From NCBI RefSeq assembly GCF_000150275.1, contig NW_002060944.1, positions 5,679,102 to 5,743,101 on the forward strand: DNA of 64,000 nucleotides, given 5' to 3'. Shown here in pieces: positions 34,201-47,000 of this stretch (its first letter is position 1; each line of letters starts with the position of its first letter). The DNA comes from Trichoplax adhaerens (lineage: Eukaryota > Animalia > Placozoa). A program made the position numbers and the translations under genes. The notes under the pieces were generated by a model. It was not told the origin of the DNA. It searched no databases and saw only the letters and a program-made list of their open reading frames with translations.

Positions 34201-37200
34201 AGCAGATCAAGTTAGGTTGTTATTCTCCTGCATTTATTATCCAATATCGATGTCACATACGCGTATATCTAGTGGTTATTTCAATCTTAATTTCTCTTAT
34301 TGATCTTACCGGATGCTCGTTGAATGCAGGCTCTAATAATTTTTGGCTTTTTAATTTCTCCTTTAATACTTTAGCAGATTCACACATACCCTAGTAAATG
34401 TTATGGAAGCATTATTTTGACTAAATTATACTGAACTTGCAATCATTTCAATGGTAATGCAAGTACACCGCATCACCATGAATCTGAGTAAAACGTATCA
34501 TCCACTATTGAAATTTTACTATCTAATTGTTATCAGAATGATGCAAAAATTCGTATATAACGTAAGGAGTGTAACATTGTTGCTTAAGTAATAAGTACCC
34601 TTTAATAAATTTAATATCATGCTGTATTATTGATTAGAGAATCGTGACTGCTAAATAGACATAAAACGTTATAGCTACCTTATGGCCAGATGTATCGTGA
34701 TATCCAGGAATGTCTAACTCTGCTGGCACCGCTAATAAGTCTGTTATTGCGTCATTTAAAGACATTGTCCCACGGATTGCTAATATAACTTTCTTCTTGC
34801 AGTGGTCATAGGCGACAAAAAACGGGAGCTCGTATAGCTAGAATCAAGTCAAGTAGAGATTTAATTTCGTTTTAAAGTACAGTAATTACCGTGCAATTAA
34901 CTATGTCTAAGTTTCAAATAGATACAATGAAATGATTAATTTTCTATCAAACTGTCAATCTTATGATTATACTGTACGGGTAGTAGTACTAGACTATTAG
35001 TACCTAATGAACAACTATTCCACTATTTGTGCATCCTAAGTAAAATCCCAAAATTTCTGTAGGAAATACGTCTATTTATAGTACTCACATCGTTACAATA
35101 TGATGCAACAATAATATCCTCATCGTCAAATCCACTTTGTAACTTTAATGCGGCGTAATTACACTCACAACAATTATCATTTATAATGATCGTGCCAGAA
35201 TTGCGTAGCGGACGCGCACATGAGCAACATCTAATAAATCGTAAGAGAAGTAAAAGGAGAATAATGTTTACTAATCATGCATAACATCAGGTAAATAGAT
35301 AGCTACATCTATCCAAATATTAGATTGATTTCTATCAAATATGCCTCATTCGGTATCCCAATAGAAATTTCAACGCAAACATATTTGATACTCAACATTT
35401 CTCTAATCTATCTAGTAACCTATATTTTGGTACAAGTTTGCAAGGAGCTGTTAGAAAATGCTGTAGAACACATAATGGCCAACCATAGGCAGCATCAGCA
35501 TAATGAATATAATAGGAAATGTCTTGAAGAATATTCTCTTCATCCTACGTAAGATTTATAGAAAATATTTAAATAACAACTTATTTATCCGAATTCCTTG
35601 CCTATAGTGAACAATACTGTATCTATGGATACAGTACAAAGCAAACTAGGCAGTAAGCTTAATCTCTCAGAGGTTACTTGGGGTATTTTAGCGCGAAGTA
35701 AAAGGATTTAATTAAATAATGAATTTCTTCGATTGTATAATATTTTTACGCCGTATATCTAAATAATAATTGTTTTATAAAATCGTTAAAACCGATAGCA
35801 TCATACTACAGTAGATTTGCAAGGCAAACTGGTAATTTTCCAGTAAAGATTGACTTATCATTGCTGATCACACCGCTATGGCATCAATGTAAACGAAAAA
35901 TGTTATGGGGCTTATCCAGGTTTTATTAAACGTTGAATTTAGGGTTATAAACAGCAATAGATTGGTATGCTCGTTATGCACTTCAATTATTATAAATTAC
36001 ATGATAACCGACTAAATAGTTCTCTATTTGAATTCGAAAGTAATTGGTATGCCAAAACTACAGTATATAGTATTCGACTTGCTTGCGTGATATAAGCAAA
36101 AGTTTTTCCTTGTAAATTATCACTTAAGCTGGATGTATGTATGTTAAAAGCATAGCTCTAACCCGCAGAGTACGATATTGAAAAAGAGTCTATAAAATTG
36201 GGGGAATGGACTGGCAGTAAAGTAGTTAACTTTATCAATTTTTTAATTAGAACTTAAGTCTAACTGATATTATAATGTCAACTAATAGATAGATTATCGA
36301 ATATTTTTAATTGACATGAGAACTATACAACAATGAACCTGATCGATGAATTACAGAATACCAGTATACGTGTACAATTGTGGTACTGTTAGACTTAGTA
36401 GTGACTTAGATAAAAATCATGTTTATAGAACTTTGTTAATTATTGTGCTTATTGTAGTTAGAAGAACGGAAGGCATTGGTGTATCATCTTTGCGTGAGTC
36501 TGTTTTAGCATTATACCTGGATGGAACATATTGTAATATTGTAACCAGATAAAGGGCATATTGCTTATTCTAATTCTTACTGCGTATGAGTGTGGTACAT
36601 ATATGTGATTAGATACTCTGTAGTTCAGTATTTTAACCTGTTAGATGGGGTTATTTCGATGTTAATGTAAAATAATTTTCAAACAAATTTTTGTCGATTA
36701 ATATGCTCGAATACATCAATTAAATTTCTGTGTTATTTCACATTTTTGCCTATGCTTACAGTAGATTAAGTTTTGAGATTGATAAATTGCATAGATATAA
36801 TTGAAATAATTGTGGTGGATAAAAAGTGCGGTTTATTAATCAGCTGTGAAACAGGCAATGAAAGCTGCGTCTATTCATTAAAGTTAGCGCTTTAAATCAC
36901 GAGAGATAACTTAATGATATTATTCATAAAAAGTGAACAAACATTTTTCTTAATCTTAAATCTTATACCCACTATTGTCAGAACGATATCCAAGACGACA
37001 ACAATGGCATATGTCAATTGCCATTTTCATTTAATGAATGATGACGTTTGGAATTAAATAATCATCAGATAAAGGATATTAGTTTTAGATAGTTCCTCTT
37101 AATGTGCAATTTTAAAATAATTGCTTTCCCTATACCCAATGTTCTACGACTAAATGATCTTAATCAAATGTCATACCTTGTTGCTCAAATCCATTCTTCT

Positions 37201-40200
37201 AGCTGGAGTAAATTGCTTTCGGATCACTTGCTGTTCAAACGTGATTGAATAACAATCATTTCAGATTAATTATTTGTGGAATATGACTTGTACATTGGAA
37301 TTACATTACTGTTATAAATAAACTCGATTCAAGACAACAATGAGGTTATAGACAATGTCAAGACGTTATGTTATTAAACCTAGGCAATCGGTCCAACTAA
37401 TACTAAATATAGTCTATATGTATTCAAACGTAAGGATAAACAATCCAGACACAAGTTAACTTAATCGTTTTACTGAAGGGTAATTTATATTCATCTAAAA
37501 GATGTCATTTATGCTATCGTTTTTACTGGTATTTAGAATATGAAGTTTCGCAGCATCAATTAAATGGAAACTAGCAAAATCACTCCGGATTATGTCTTGC
37601 CAATAAAATGGTACGATAAAAATCGTTTTACAAATGCGTGTTTTTACAGTTAATAAATTAAATCAGCTATAGTATACTAAGAAATAAGAATTATTTCAAC
37701 AAATTTGTATTACCGTTCCTCTCCATGGTAGAATATATTTTTCATCATACCGTTGTCGTTGTTGTAATAAGAATAAACCGGCTGCAACATCCGTAGGTAC
37801 AGTATTTGTATTTCTGAAAAAGGTAGCGAAGATGGTCGCTAAATCTGTATAGATTGCTTGATTACTGTCATTAACTCTACTGCAGCAACACAAATGACGA
37901 CATCTTGTTTCCCATACTTGCTGAGCTAATTTGTAACTAATTGATGGATCTACGAATAGAAAATTAGAAATTTATTATAATTATATCATAAAATCGATCA
38001 TCAATAGTCTATTCAGGAATTTTGATCTCAATATTTTATCAATAATAGTACGATGCCCGTTTATCTAAACTGAATTAGTAAAATCTTTACTTATGATGCC
38101 TTCCAATATCTTCAACTGGGTTATTTATTTTCTATACGATCTATGAATGACTTCTGATGTGTTACAAGATGCTATAGATTCTTTCATTTCGGTTCGTCTC
38201 ATATATTTTGAATGACTCCGCTAGTCATTCGTTTGGTGTATAGAATAGCTAAGTTAGTCTTAGAATGAAATATTGTATATTATTGAGGTTATTCAGTAAT
38301 AGCATTGGGAGCAGATTGAAGCACAAACGTTTCTACTGATTGGTCTTATCTTACTCTGTGGTATGGTAAATTAGTACCTATTAATGGCTTTAATATACAG
38401 CAACAACTATGGAATAGTTGTTGCTGTTATCTTCTCTCTTATAGACATTTATCTAATCATTCGGTATTTATCCTCTGACAGTAAAACTTTTATCATCCTC
38501 TAAGGTATAATTAGTTATCAGTTTTAGTTATTAGTAAACTACGTGGTTGGTATTGTTGTAGGGAATCGCAAGCCCATTAATTTTATATCCCAATCCATCA
38601 CAATGAATTAACAAGCTATTTTCTTTTATCCTTGTAGTTATCCGATGTACTACAATCTGTTTTAACTAATGTATTAATTTCACATTATAGTACTTACCCA
38701 GATTACCGTCTCGTTTAACTGATCCCAATGGATCAAATACACAATAGGTGAAAATAATTCCAAAAGCAAGCAGGCACCAATTGGTTATCACAGCGACTTT
38801 AACGATAATGATATCTTCATCTGGGCAATGCCGACTATCATCAAATGACCAATAAGTGCCTAAAATATTCAAGGCTATCTCGGGTATAGTAAAAAATAAT
38901 CTTAAATAAAGTAAGAGCGGCATTTTCTGTCTGGCTTTGGCGTTAGTTATTGTGCCACGGCTGCTTATAATCCATGTTGCGCTGTCTATTATTAAAAGTA
39001 CCACCAATAATACAATAAATGCAATCAAAAAGACTTGAATTATTCGACCACTTGGACAGTGATAGCTACTTGCGTGAAGATGGCAGACAATACTGAAAAA
39101 TATCAACCTATTATGGTATTAGGTGTCTGATAGAAATCAAACCTAGCAAGGAATTGCAAATAAATATTTAAGGGTATTGTGAACTAATAACGGATATGTT
39201 AGACCGGATCACAAATATAAAAAGTTAGCACCTTGCAAATAAAAACAATAATGGATCAATTTGATTGATATGATATCCTTGTAGAGAAATCCGAACTTTC
39301 TTCTCTGATATTATTTAGCAATACAGAAGCATTACTTTGTTATGATCTTTTATCTCTTAATACAATGATGGTCACATTGATCAGTTATTAGACGCTGATA
39401 ACCAAGTTCTGTATTAAGACCTTGTTGCCAGCAATTCCTTATTGGTGTCATTTGAGCAAAATGGCTCACATAGAGATCTATTTGATTCACAAACATCGAA
39501 CGAAATCTTTGACAGTTTGTGTAATTGAGTTATCGGGCGCACAATCAGATGAGAAATTAATGGAGATTTAAGCTTAAAAATAATATCCAAGTTCATCAAT
39601 AATCCATATACCTTCTCCATACATTGCAATTTTTTAGAGGGCATTAGGGATTTTTATTAAGAAGTACTCGAGCTAAGCTCTCCATGATCAATCCCCTTTA
39701 ATTAAGAACTCTCTAAATATTATAATGGCTTGCGGTATTATCTTAAATTATGTGATCAAATATGATCAGTAATTGCATCTTTACGTTTCTCAGTTAAGAA
39801 TAATTGTTCTACTATGTATTACTATTTCTAAATACGTGTTCTGCTACTTATACTAAATTTCCAACGAAAGTGTTTACAGTTTCTTTCCTGTTAGCTTTAT
39901 ACCGATTCAGCTGCCAAACAAACAATAAAGTACACAAACGTACAGCTTAATAAGAGAGGAAATGTGACAATAGATGTAAAATTATTTGGATCAAATTGAC
40001 AGCGAATAATTAATGCGCTACTAATGTACGACAAAGACAAATTATAACTTTTATTAAATATACGGCACGATACGTTAACTACCCTAATTTGGAAGATACT
40101 CTATACTTTTCCAAAAAGGCAATCAGCTAAAGCTGTGATCGACTGCAAACATTGTCTCGCCTATATGTTATTTTACTACTCTTCATTTTTATTACTGTCA

Positions 40201-40686
40201 ATTGAATTAGCGATGTAATCATTATATCGTTTTAAGTATTAGGTCAACGATTAAGAATGGTAAAGTAATCTAGACTAATAATATGACTATTTCAGTATCA
40301 TTAATTTTTATAAGTAGATTACGCGTTTGTATCAATTGTGGGAATTCCCGCTTTTTTAAATAATTGATTTTAACAAACTCAAATTTAAAACATCGACACA
40401 CTTTTTCAACATTGAAGCCTCATGAAACATATGCTTCAGTTCTCCTGTACGATAGCAGGATCAGATACAAGGACAATAATTGTAGTAACGATATGGAAAA
40501 ATTGTAATAAACGAAAACTAGATAAATTGCAGAACTAGGAGTAAAACGAATACTACTATGCCCGTATTTGTAGCATGTAAATTGTAATTACCAAATTGTT
40601 CGTAATATGAAACTGAAAAATCCAAAGCAAACCAAATCATCGCTGCCAATGCCCCAATAGCGTCCAAATGCCGTCAATGCCGGCAT
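31260..40686 (-). CDS. DAGL: Diacylglycerol lipase paralog A (4TM + lipase class 3, DAGL-beta-like), 13 exons
   Basis: Exon 1 40592-40686 '[19 protein letters not shown]'; then 38698-39107, 37713-37949 (VPTDVAAGL), ~37177-37230, ~35420-35544 (AAYGWP), ~35089-35230, ~34679-34837 (PFFVAYD..IRGTMSLND), ~34310-34390, ~34002-34129 (GHSLGAG; YSPPGG), ~33244-33313 (GCDLVTR), ~33034-33106, 32636-32901 (LYLPGRIVH), 31260-31425 (MISDHM). The Ser-Asp-His triad is present. Confidence 0.92.
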
Positions 40687-43600
40687 TGCTTGTCTTATTC
40701 AGGAAAGATCTTTTGAAGGCGCTAAAAACAGTTTCCAATCTTACTCTGTGTAATTGATAAAATGTAAAGGTTTTAACTGCAGACTTGGCTTAAATTAATT
40801 TACTACAGCATGCAGCTTAAAATATCAAGCGCTATAACGATCTATTTGCTGTTCGATTTTGATTTTAAATACTGTATATTGTTCTAACTGTTAACTTATT
40901 TGTAATAGACAGGCAATTGCATATCAACAATTTTTAGGTACTTCTAGATAGCATTCTATAGTTTAATCTGATTAATTATAATAAGCGATTCCAATGCATT
41001 TTTTACTATTAAGTGCTAACAATATCTTGAATAACAATATATACGGTCATAAATTACAATCTACAACTTCAAAGATATTATAATTAATTAATAAAAATGA
41101 GAGATTCATATAATTTTAATATATATGAGAGTATTGGTTTCGTGTATCACCCTCATGCAATTTTATAAACGAAAGTATGGCACACATACCGAAAATAATT
41201 TGGTAGGCCTAGCCCAATTTTATGCCATCTAGACTGAACAACTCTGTTCTCCGTGAGTAATGCAAGTTATCAATTGATATTATATCGATCAATCTAAAAG
41301 AATAAGTATGAATAAGCTTCGCAATATGACTTCAATCGATTACAGCGTATCGTAATTCAGAGAGATCGACTAAATGAATGTTCAATTTGAAGGGGTGTTT
41401 CCATCGTTATTATTGGATAAAATTTAGGCAGCTAACATATTGTCAATTCAATGACGAAGGTCACTCTGAATGAGGATATACGGTTCCAGCAGAAAAGTAG
41501 AATAAATTGTACCTGATTAGTCATCATATCTGCACATACAGGGTATACTAAAGGATTCGATGTAGATAGTTAAAAGCGGTTTGACATTAGAATCTTTTAC
41601 TATTATGTACATTAAACTATCTATCATATTTATAGCGTCATTATTACCAATTTTTGCCTTACAGAATCACCTTAAAATCATAATGAAGGAACCTTTTTGA
41701 TTGCCGGTTTAATTTATTCAAAGTTTACGTTGCATTCAGTATAAGCGTGAGTAGAGCCAGTTACTTATGAGTAGCGTAATGGTAGCAGTCTTGGAGTGGA
41801 ATGAAATAGTCCTGTAGGTATGGCGGGTATTTTCGGAAGTGTTTTGCTTTCCTATCATTGACTTTTGCAGTGGAATTTGTACATACTCCATGTTTATCGA
41901 ATTGGAAATCTATAATTATATTATAAGTATTAACGATATAGCAAGTATTTTCGTTACGCACATGTTCAAATGTCCTACTATTGCAGCCATTTATTCCAGG
42001 TAGATCAATGTAGTGGTAAAATTTTTACATGATTTGAAAGTGTAATCGCAAGTTGTTTCCGACTCAAATTGATATCAAAAACAAATTCAACTAAACTGCT
42101 AACTATACGCTATCGGTGGTAATACATAGTATATACTTGATCAATACTTATTCTGTGCCAAATTCTTCAAAGGTACATGACTTACAAGCGATAGGCTGAG
42201 GGACAATTGTCGATATTTGAATACCTTAACAATACTTCTGACTAATTACCAAAACTCGTTTATATGGTTTTACCTAAATTTTAAAACTTATTAGTTAAGC
42301 GGAAACAAGAGTCGCTATAGTTTTTTATAAAGCATCTCAAAATGGATTCACTGTAAGGGAATTATTACTACTAACGCTTTCATAGAAATCGCTTCTTACT
42401 TTTAAAATGTTTTCATAAAATGCCATAGAAATAAATCCTTTATCATCAAGTCAATTACTATCATCGCTGCAAATGTTTGACATTACAATGATCTCTTGTT
42501 GTTATCTTTTAATATTGTGAAATTCTCAAATATACTACAGGGAAAGAATATAATCAATGACATGGATAGTGGAAAGAGGATTTATGTTTTTCTATATATT
42601 TTTATTACTTAGACATCTAATTTGTTTGATATTGTTTTAATTGATATGAAAGAAAAGAATACTTTACCTGCAATAATATATATGGTATTATATCCAGCCC
42701 AATACAAACCGTTATTGTTATACGGTGCTATTATTAAGAATGCAAAATATGTAGCAATGGCTAAATAGTAAACATTCAGTCCAAAGTTATGAATAAAATT
42801 AATCAATTATTCATTGACCCAACTAATTGCGATTAGTAATTATAATACCGTGATTATAAGTCCATAGTATACCAATGCTATATGATCAGACACCACTGGT
42901 CAAATTTCGAACTTACTTCAGTCATAGCTCACAAGCATGTGAACTAACTGATTCCAAGTTAGAAGATCATTGCAGTTTTTGCTGAAATAGGAACCATATA
43001 TGGATAGAAAGGTGACCAACTAATTCGATATTAGCATCAGTTCTTTATAACTTCATCAAAACGAAGATTAAATGATACCCTGATGTCCTATTTTACAAGT
43101 CTAATATGTAACGGTGTTGATTATTTCACGATGGTCTATTTACTTCGTTTTGACGAGAGAAAATGCATTACTCCATGCTTATTATGCTACCAGTTCATAC
43201 TTGTGTAAAGACCACTTAATTCCTAACATTTAAACTTTAGTGTTCCGTTTACTGTACTTTAATCTTCAAATACTTTTTTTGCTTTGCAATATTATCTATC
43301 TTTTATCGATGTAGATAATTAGAAACAATTTTAACTGAAAACATCATGTCTTCTTTTACTTCCCTCGGTAATAACCTTAAAATCTGTATCATGTGATCCT
43401 AAGATCTTGTCCTTGATGGAACTCAATTTAAGTTATTTCTGCTCATTTGATACAAAAAATGAACGCTAACTAATGCGCAACAGTCTATAGGATAGTCCTC
43501 ATTCGTAAAACAAGGCAGTTACTTTAATGAATGAGCTTCACTTATTGTTAACACAATCCTCATCACTGATCGATCCTGTTTCTCAAAGATTGACTTAATT

Positions 43601-44091
43601 AAAAGAGGTAAAATTACCAACATCATTTACTGCCGATACCTAGCATTCACTCAAGGATTTAACTAATCCAATGAGAATAATATCTTTTGTAATAATATCT
43701 TCATAATTCTAATATAAAGACCTTGTATAAGTTTTTAAACACTTTCTTTGACGTGACTTCCTGAATTTCAATCCCTCAAAATTCGAAACTGAACCTTTTC
43801 GATGTTATAATATATTAATTGTATAGCGGGTTGTAAAAATTGCAAGGGATAAACAACTGAAGGATAATTAGAAATTGTAAAGATGTACATGTATCAGGTG
43901 ATAGCTGATTAAGATTTTTCGTTTCTAGTTGTTTCTCTAATATGAATTTTTAATAAGGAATTAATGTTATTCTTAAGTTTTCATTATCTAGTTGGTGTTT
44001 GCTGTAGATTAACCAATCTCTTATACTTTGATATTTACTAGGTTGAATTGGATCCATTCCATAAAATAGATCTATTATTAAATTCCTCGTA

Positions 44092-47000
44092 ATGGCCCCT
44101 TTAAGAGCATTTGCCATTGAATGGAATGTAGCCAGTGATGACTTTGTTTGTGCAGGCTTCACTGGTTTCATCGTTCACCTCATTGGGTTAGTAACATGAA
44201 GACAAATGGCAATTGGAGCGGTCTAAACAGCTAGTTCCATAAAGAAGTTCTATAAAACTACTGAGTCTTATTTGCCTATACTGATATTAACATTAGTAGT
44301 GCTCTGGCACCTTTTTTTAAATAGCAATCATAAAATAAATCATCCTTCTTCGTTTGTAATATTAGGAAAAATTCTAAGTTACTAGGTTAAATAATTCACA
44401 TTCATACCTTAAGGTAGTATTAGGTCGTATAGTAATTGAAGTAAAAAGCTGATAAAAGTATTTACGTAGAAATAAGCTAAGAGATTAATATAGTTATAAT
44501 TATTGCCTTTCATTCTATTACTACAGTATTATAAACTTTGTTATCTTCTTACTTTAGGATCATCCTGTTAGCTATAGGATACTCTTTCTATCAACGAGTT
44601 TTTGCTACCTGCTCATGCTGCATAATTCTACAAATATTCTTGATTGGGATGCTGATTATTACCTCATGGCTAGCTATAGCTGATTTTGGAATCGGTTGGG
44701 TCAGCAGTCAAGGTAGCATCTCTTCCCCTGGGTTGAGGCGTTATTTACCATATTGGTTGTACTTTAGAGCCTTATTAACCATACCTGAAGTAATATGGGT
44801 CAGCCTTGGTACCTATTGGGCGTTCTATCCTAATAGTAGTCCTTGCTTACAGCTAGAAAGCGATTTATTAAAGATTGCTGTCATTGTGGAATGGTGTCTT
44901 ATTACGTTAATTATCCTTATGTTGCCTTGCGCAATCTGTCCTCCAGCACGTTCTAAGCCCAATCAGCTATCAGGTTCACCACTTTGCTAAAATGATGTTC
45001 GCTGATGCTTAATTTATTTTAATTTAGTTTGCAATTATGATAATTTTAAATCTTTATCCAATTAGGTGATCAAGCTCGTCGTGCATTGAAAAGATTATTT
45101 CGTTGTCTCTTCTGTTATCGTGATTTAGACAATCATCCATCATCAAATCGTCAATGTCTCTGCTGTTTACCATTGCTATGTATATCTTGTTTACCCAATT
45201 ATTGTCAATGCGATCAATCTGATGGAAGCGAGGATGGAATTTATGCCGCTATGAGCGAAGTCCTTACTTCTATTTTCTATGATATGAACACGGCTCCAAG
45301 TGATATTGCAGCAGGCTTAGTCTTAGTTAATAGGCAGCAAAAGAAAGACCGATTGCGACATGAAGTTCAGGTACAGTGATTTCAAAATTAGATTATGGTA
45401 TTAACTACGAGTACAGTTGATTACGTCAGCTTAGAACTTCTGGACTTGCTTTTCGTCGAAGTTCTAGCTACTGAAATCGCATTAATATTGTACATTTCTT
45501 TGCGTATTACTTCAATATATTCTTCATAAATTAGTTTAATTGGCTAGAAACCAAATTGCTAGTTGTTAAAAGTATACCTCGGCGGCGCAATACTGAATCA
45601 AACGCTTTACTGCTATATATTTATAATAATATATCGGCATTTTATACGTCCGTAAATTCAGTTCAAATGTGAGACGTGTAGTATATCCAATATATCCCTT
45701 TATATCTCATCTTCAAGCACCGTTGCATATCGCAGCCAAATTTGTAGTTGTAACTACTACAAGGAAATCTGGTTAATATTTAATTATCTAGGAGCCGAAC
45801 AGCGTACTACAAGAAACGATGCTAGTATAAGTGCATGTAGTATGGATCAGATTTACATATTGAGGATGCTTCTTCTCATCGTTTACGCCCACATTGATCA
45901 CAGGGGATGGACACAGATTGGGATATTTTTACTTGCCTACTTACTAATTTATAGCTAGTGGTATCCGCACTAATACTCTACGATCGGTTTACTACACCGC
46001 AACGAATTAAGTCATTAGTAATGCATCTAAAATCTTTGATTTTTCCAATATTTAGGCGGCAACTATTACCAGAAACAATCGAAAAGCGTTAACAAAGTTT
46101 GATTATAACACATACGTAAGACATTACACTGTCGCTATTTCAGCGAAATATGAATGTTACATACGTATATAAATAACACTAACCTTAATTTTAAACTATA
46201 GGATGACCGTAAAGTCTTAAACGATTTATGTTATTATTATGATTACACGACTGCAATTTATGGCTGGCCATTATACCTACTAAAAAATTCGATATGCCAT
46301 CACGGAGCTATATGCTCTCTTTGTCGGTAAGCTTATTGCACTATTTACTGAGTTATAATTTGAAGTTAACATTAATTTCCTCTGTCGAAGTATTTAATTA
46401 CTTACGCATCAAAATGGTGTTATTTCCTTTCCGAAATATATAAATATCTTAAACGAACTGGTTAATAAAATCTATCTAATGTATTTATTTACGATCACCG
46501 TAATAACCATTATTTTCTAGGTCATGTTGTTTTGAAAGGTCACCCTCACAAGAAACTATAATTATAGAGGATAATTCTTGCCACTGCAATCAAACGGCCG
46601 TAAGAGGATTAATTCAGCAAAAAGCATACGAAGTGCTTTATGCCAGCTACAGGAACAAAGTAAGATGTCTTACGAAAATATGTTGTAGTGCACTATACTC
46701 TACTTATAGATTGCAGTAGTACATAGTGACCTCCCTGTTGCTTTTAAAAACTGCTATACATCCATTGCTGCGTTACAACGATAAAAATCACATATACCTC
46801 CGGAGTAATTAGTTGTTCTGTTCGTTTCCTTTTCTTCATTATTTGCACAGTATGCAATTCGTAGTAACTATTAGACAAACGATTAACTTATTAATAGACA
46901 TAAAAGATTATCCATATCATTAGCTATCAATTAGTTCGTTAAATTAACTATTGGTTGATAAAACGAAAATTGGGCATCATTTTTACTAACTATAAGCCCC

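Noticed and set aside
41177-41202. 'MAHIPKIIW|gtaggc' as a candidate DAGL-B first exon
   Set aside because: It lacks the W-x-x-x-SDD motif, and a much better 95-nt exon exists at 44092-44186.
43950-44171. 73-aa minus-strand ORF
   Set aside because: Antisense to the real DAGL-B exon 1 (44092-44186).
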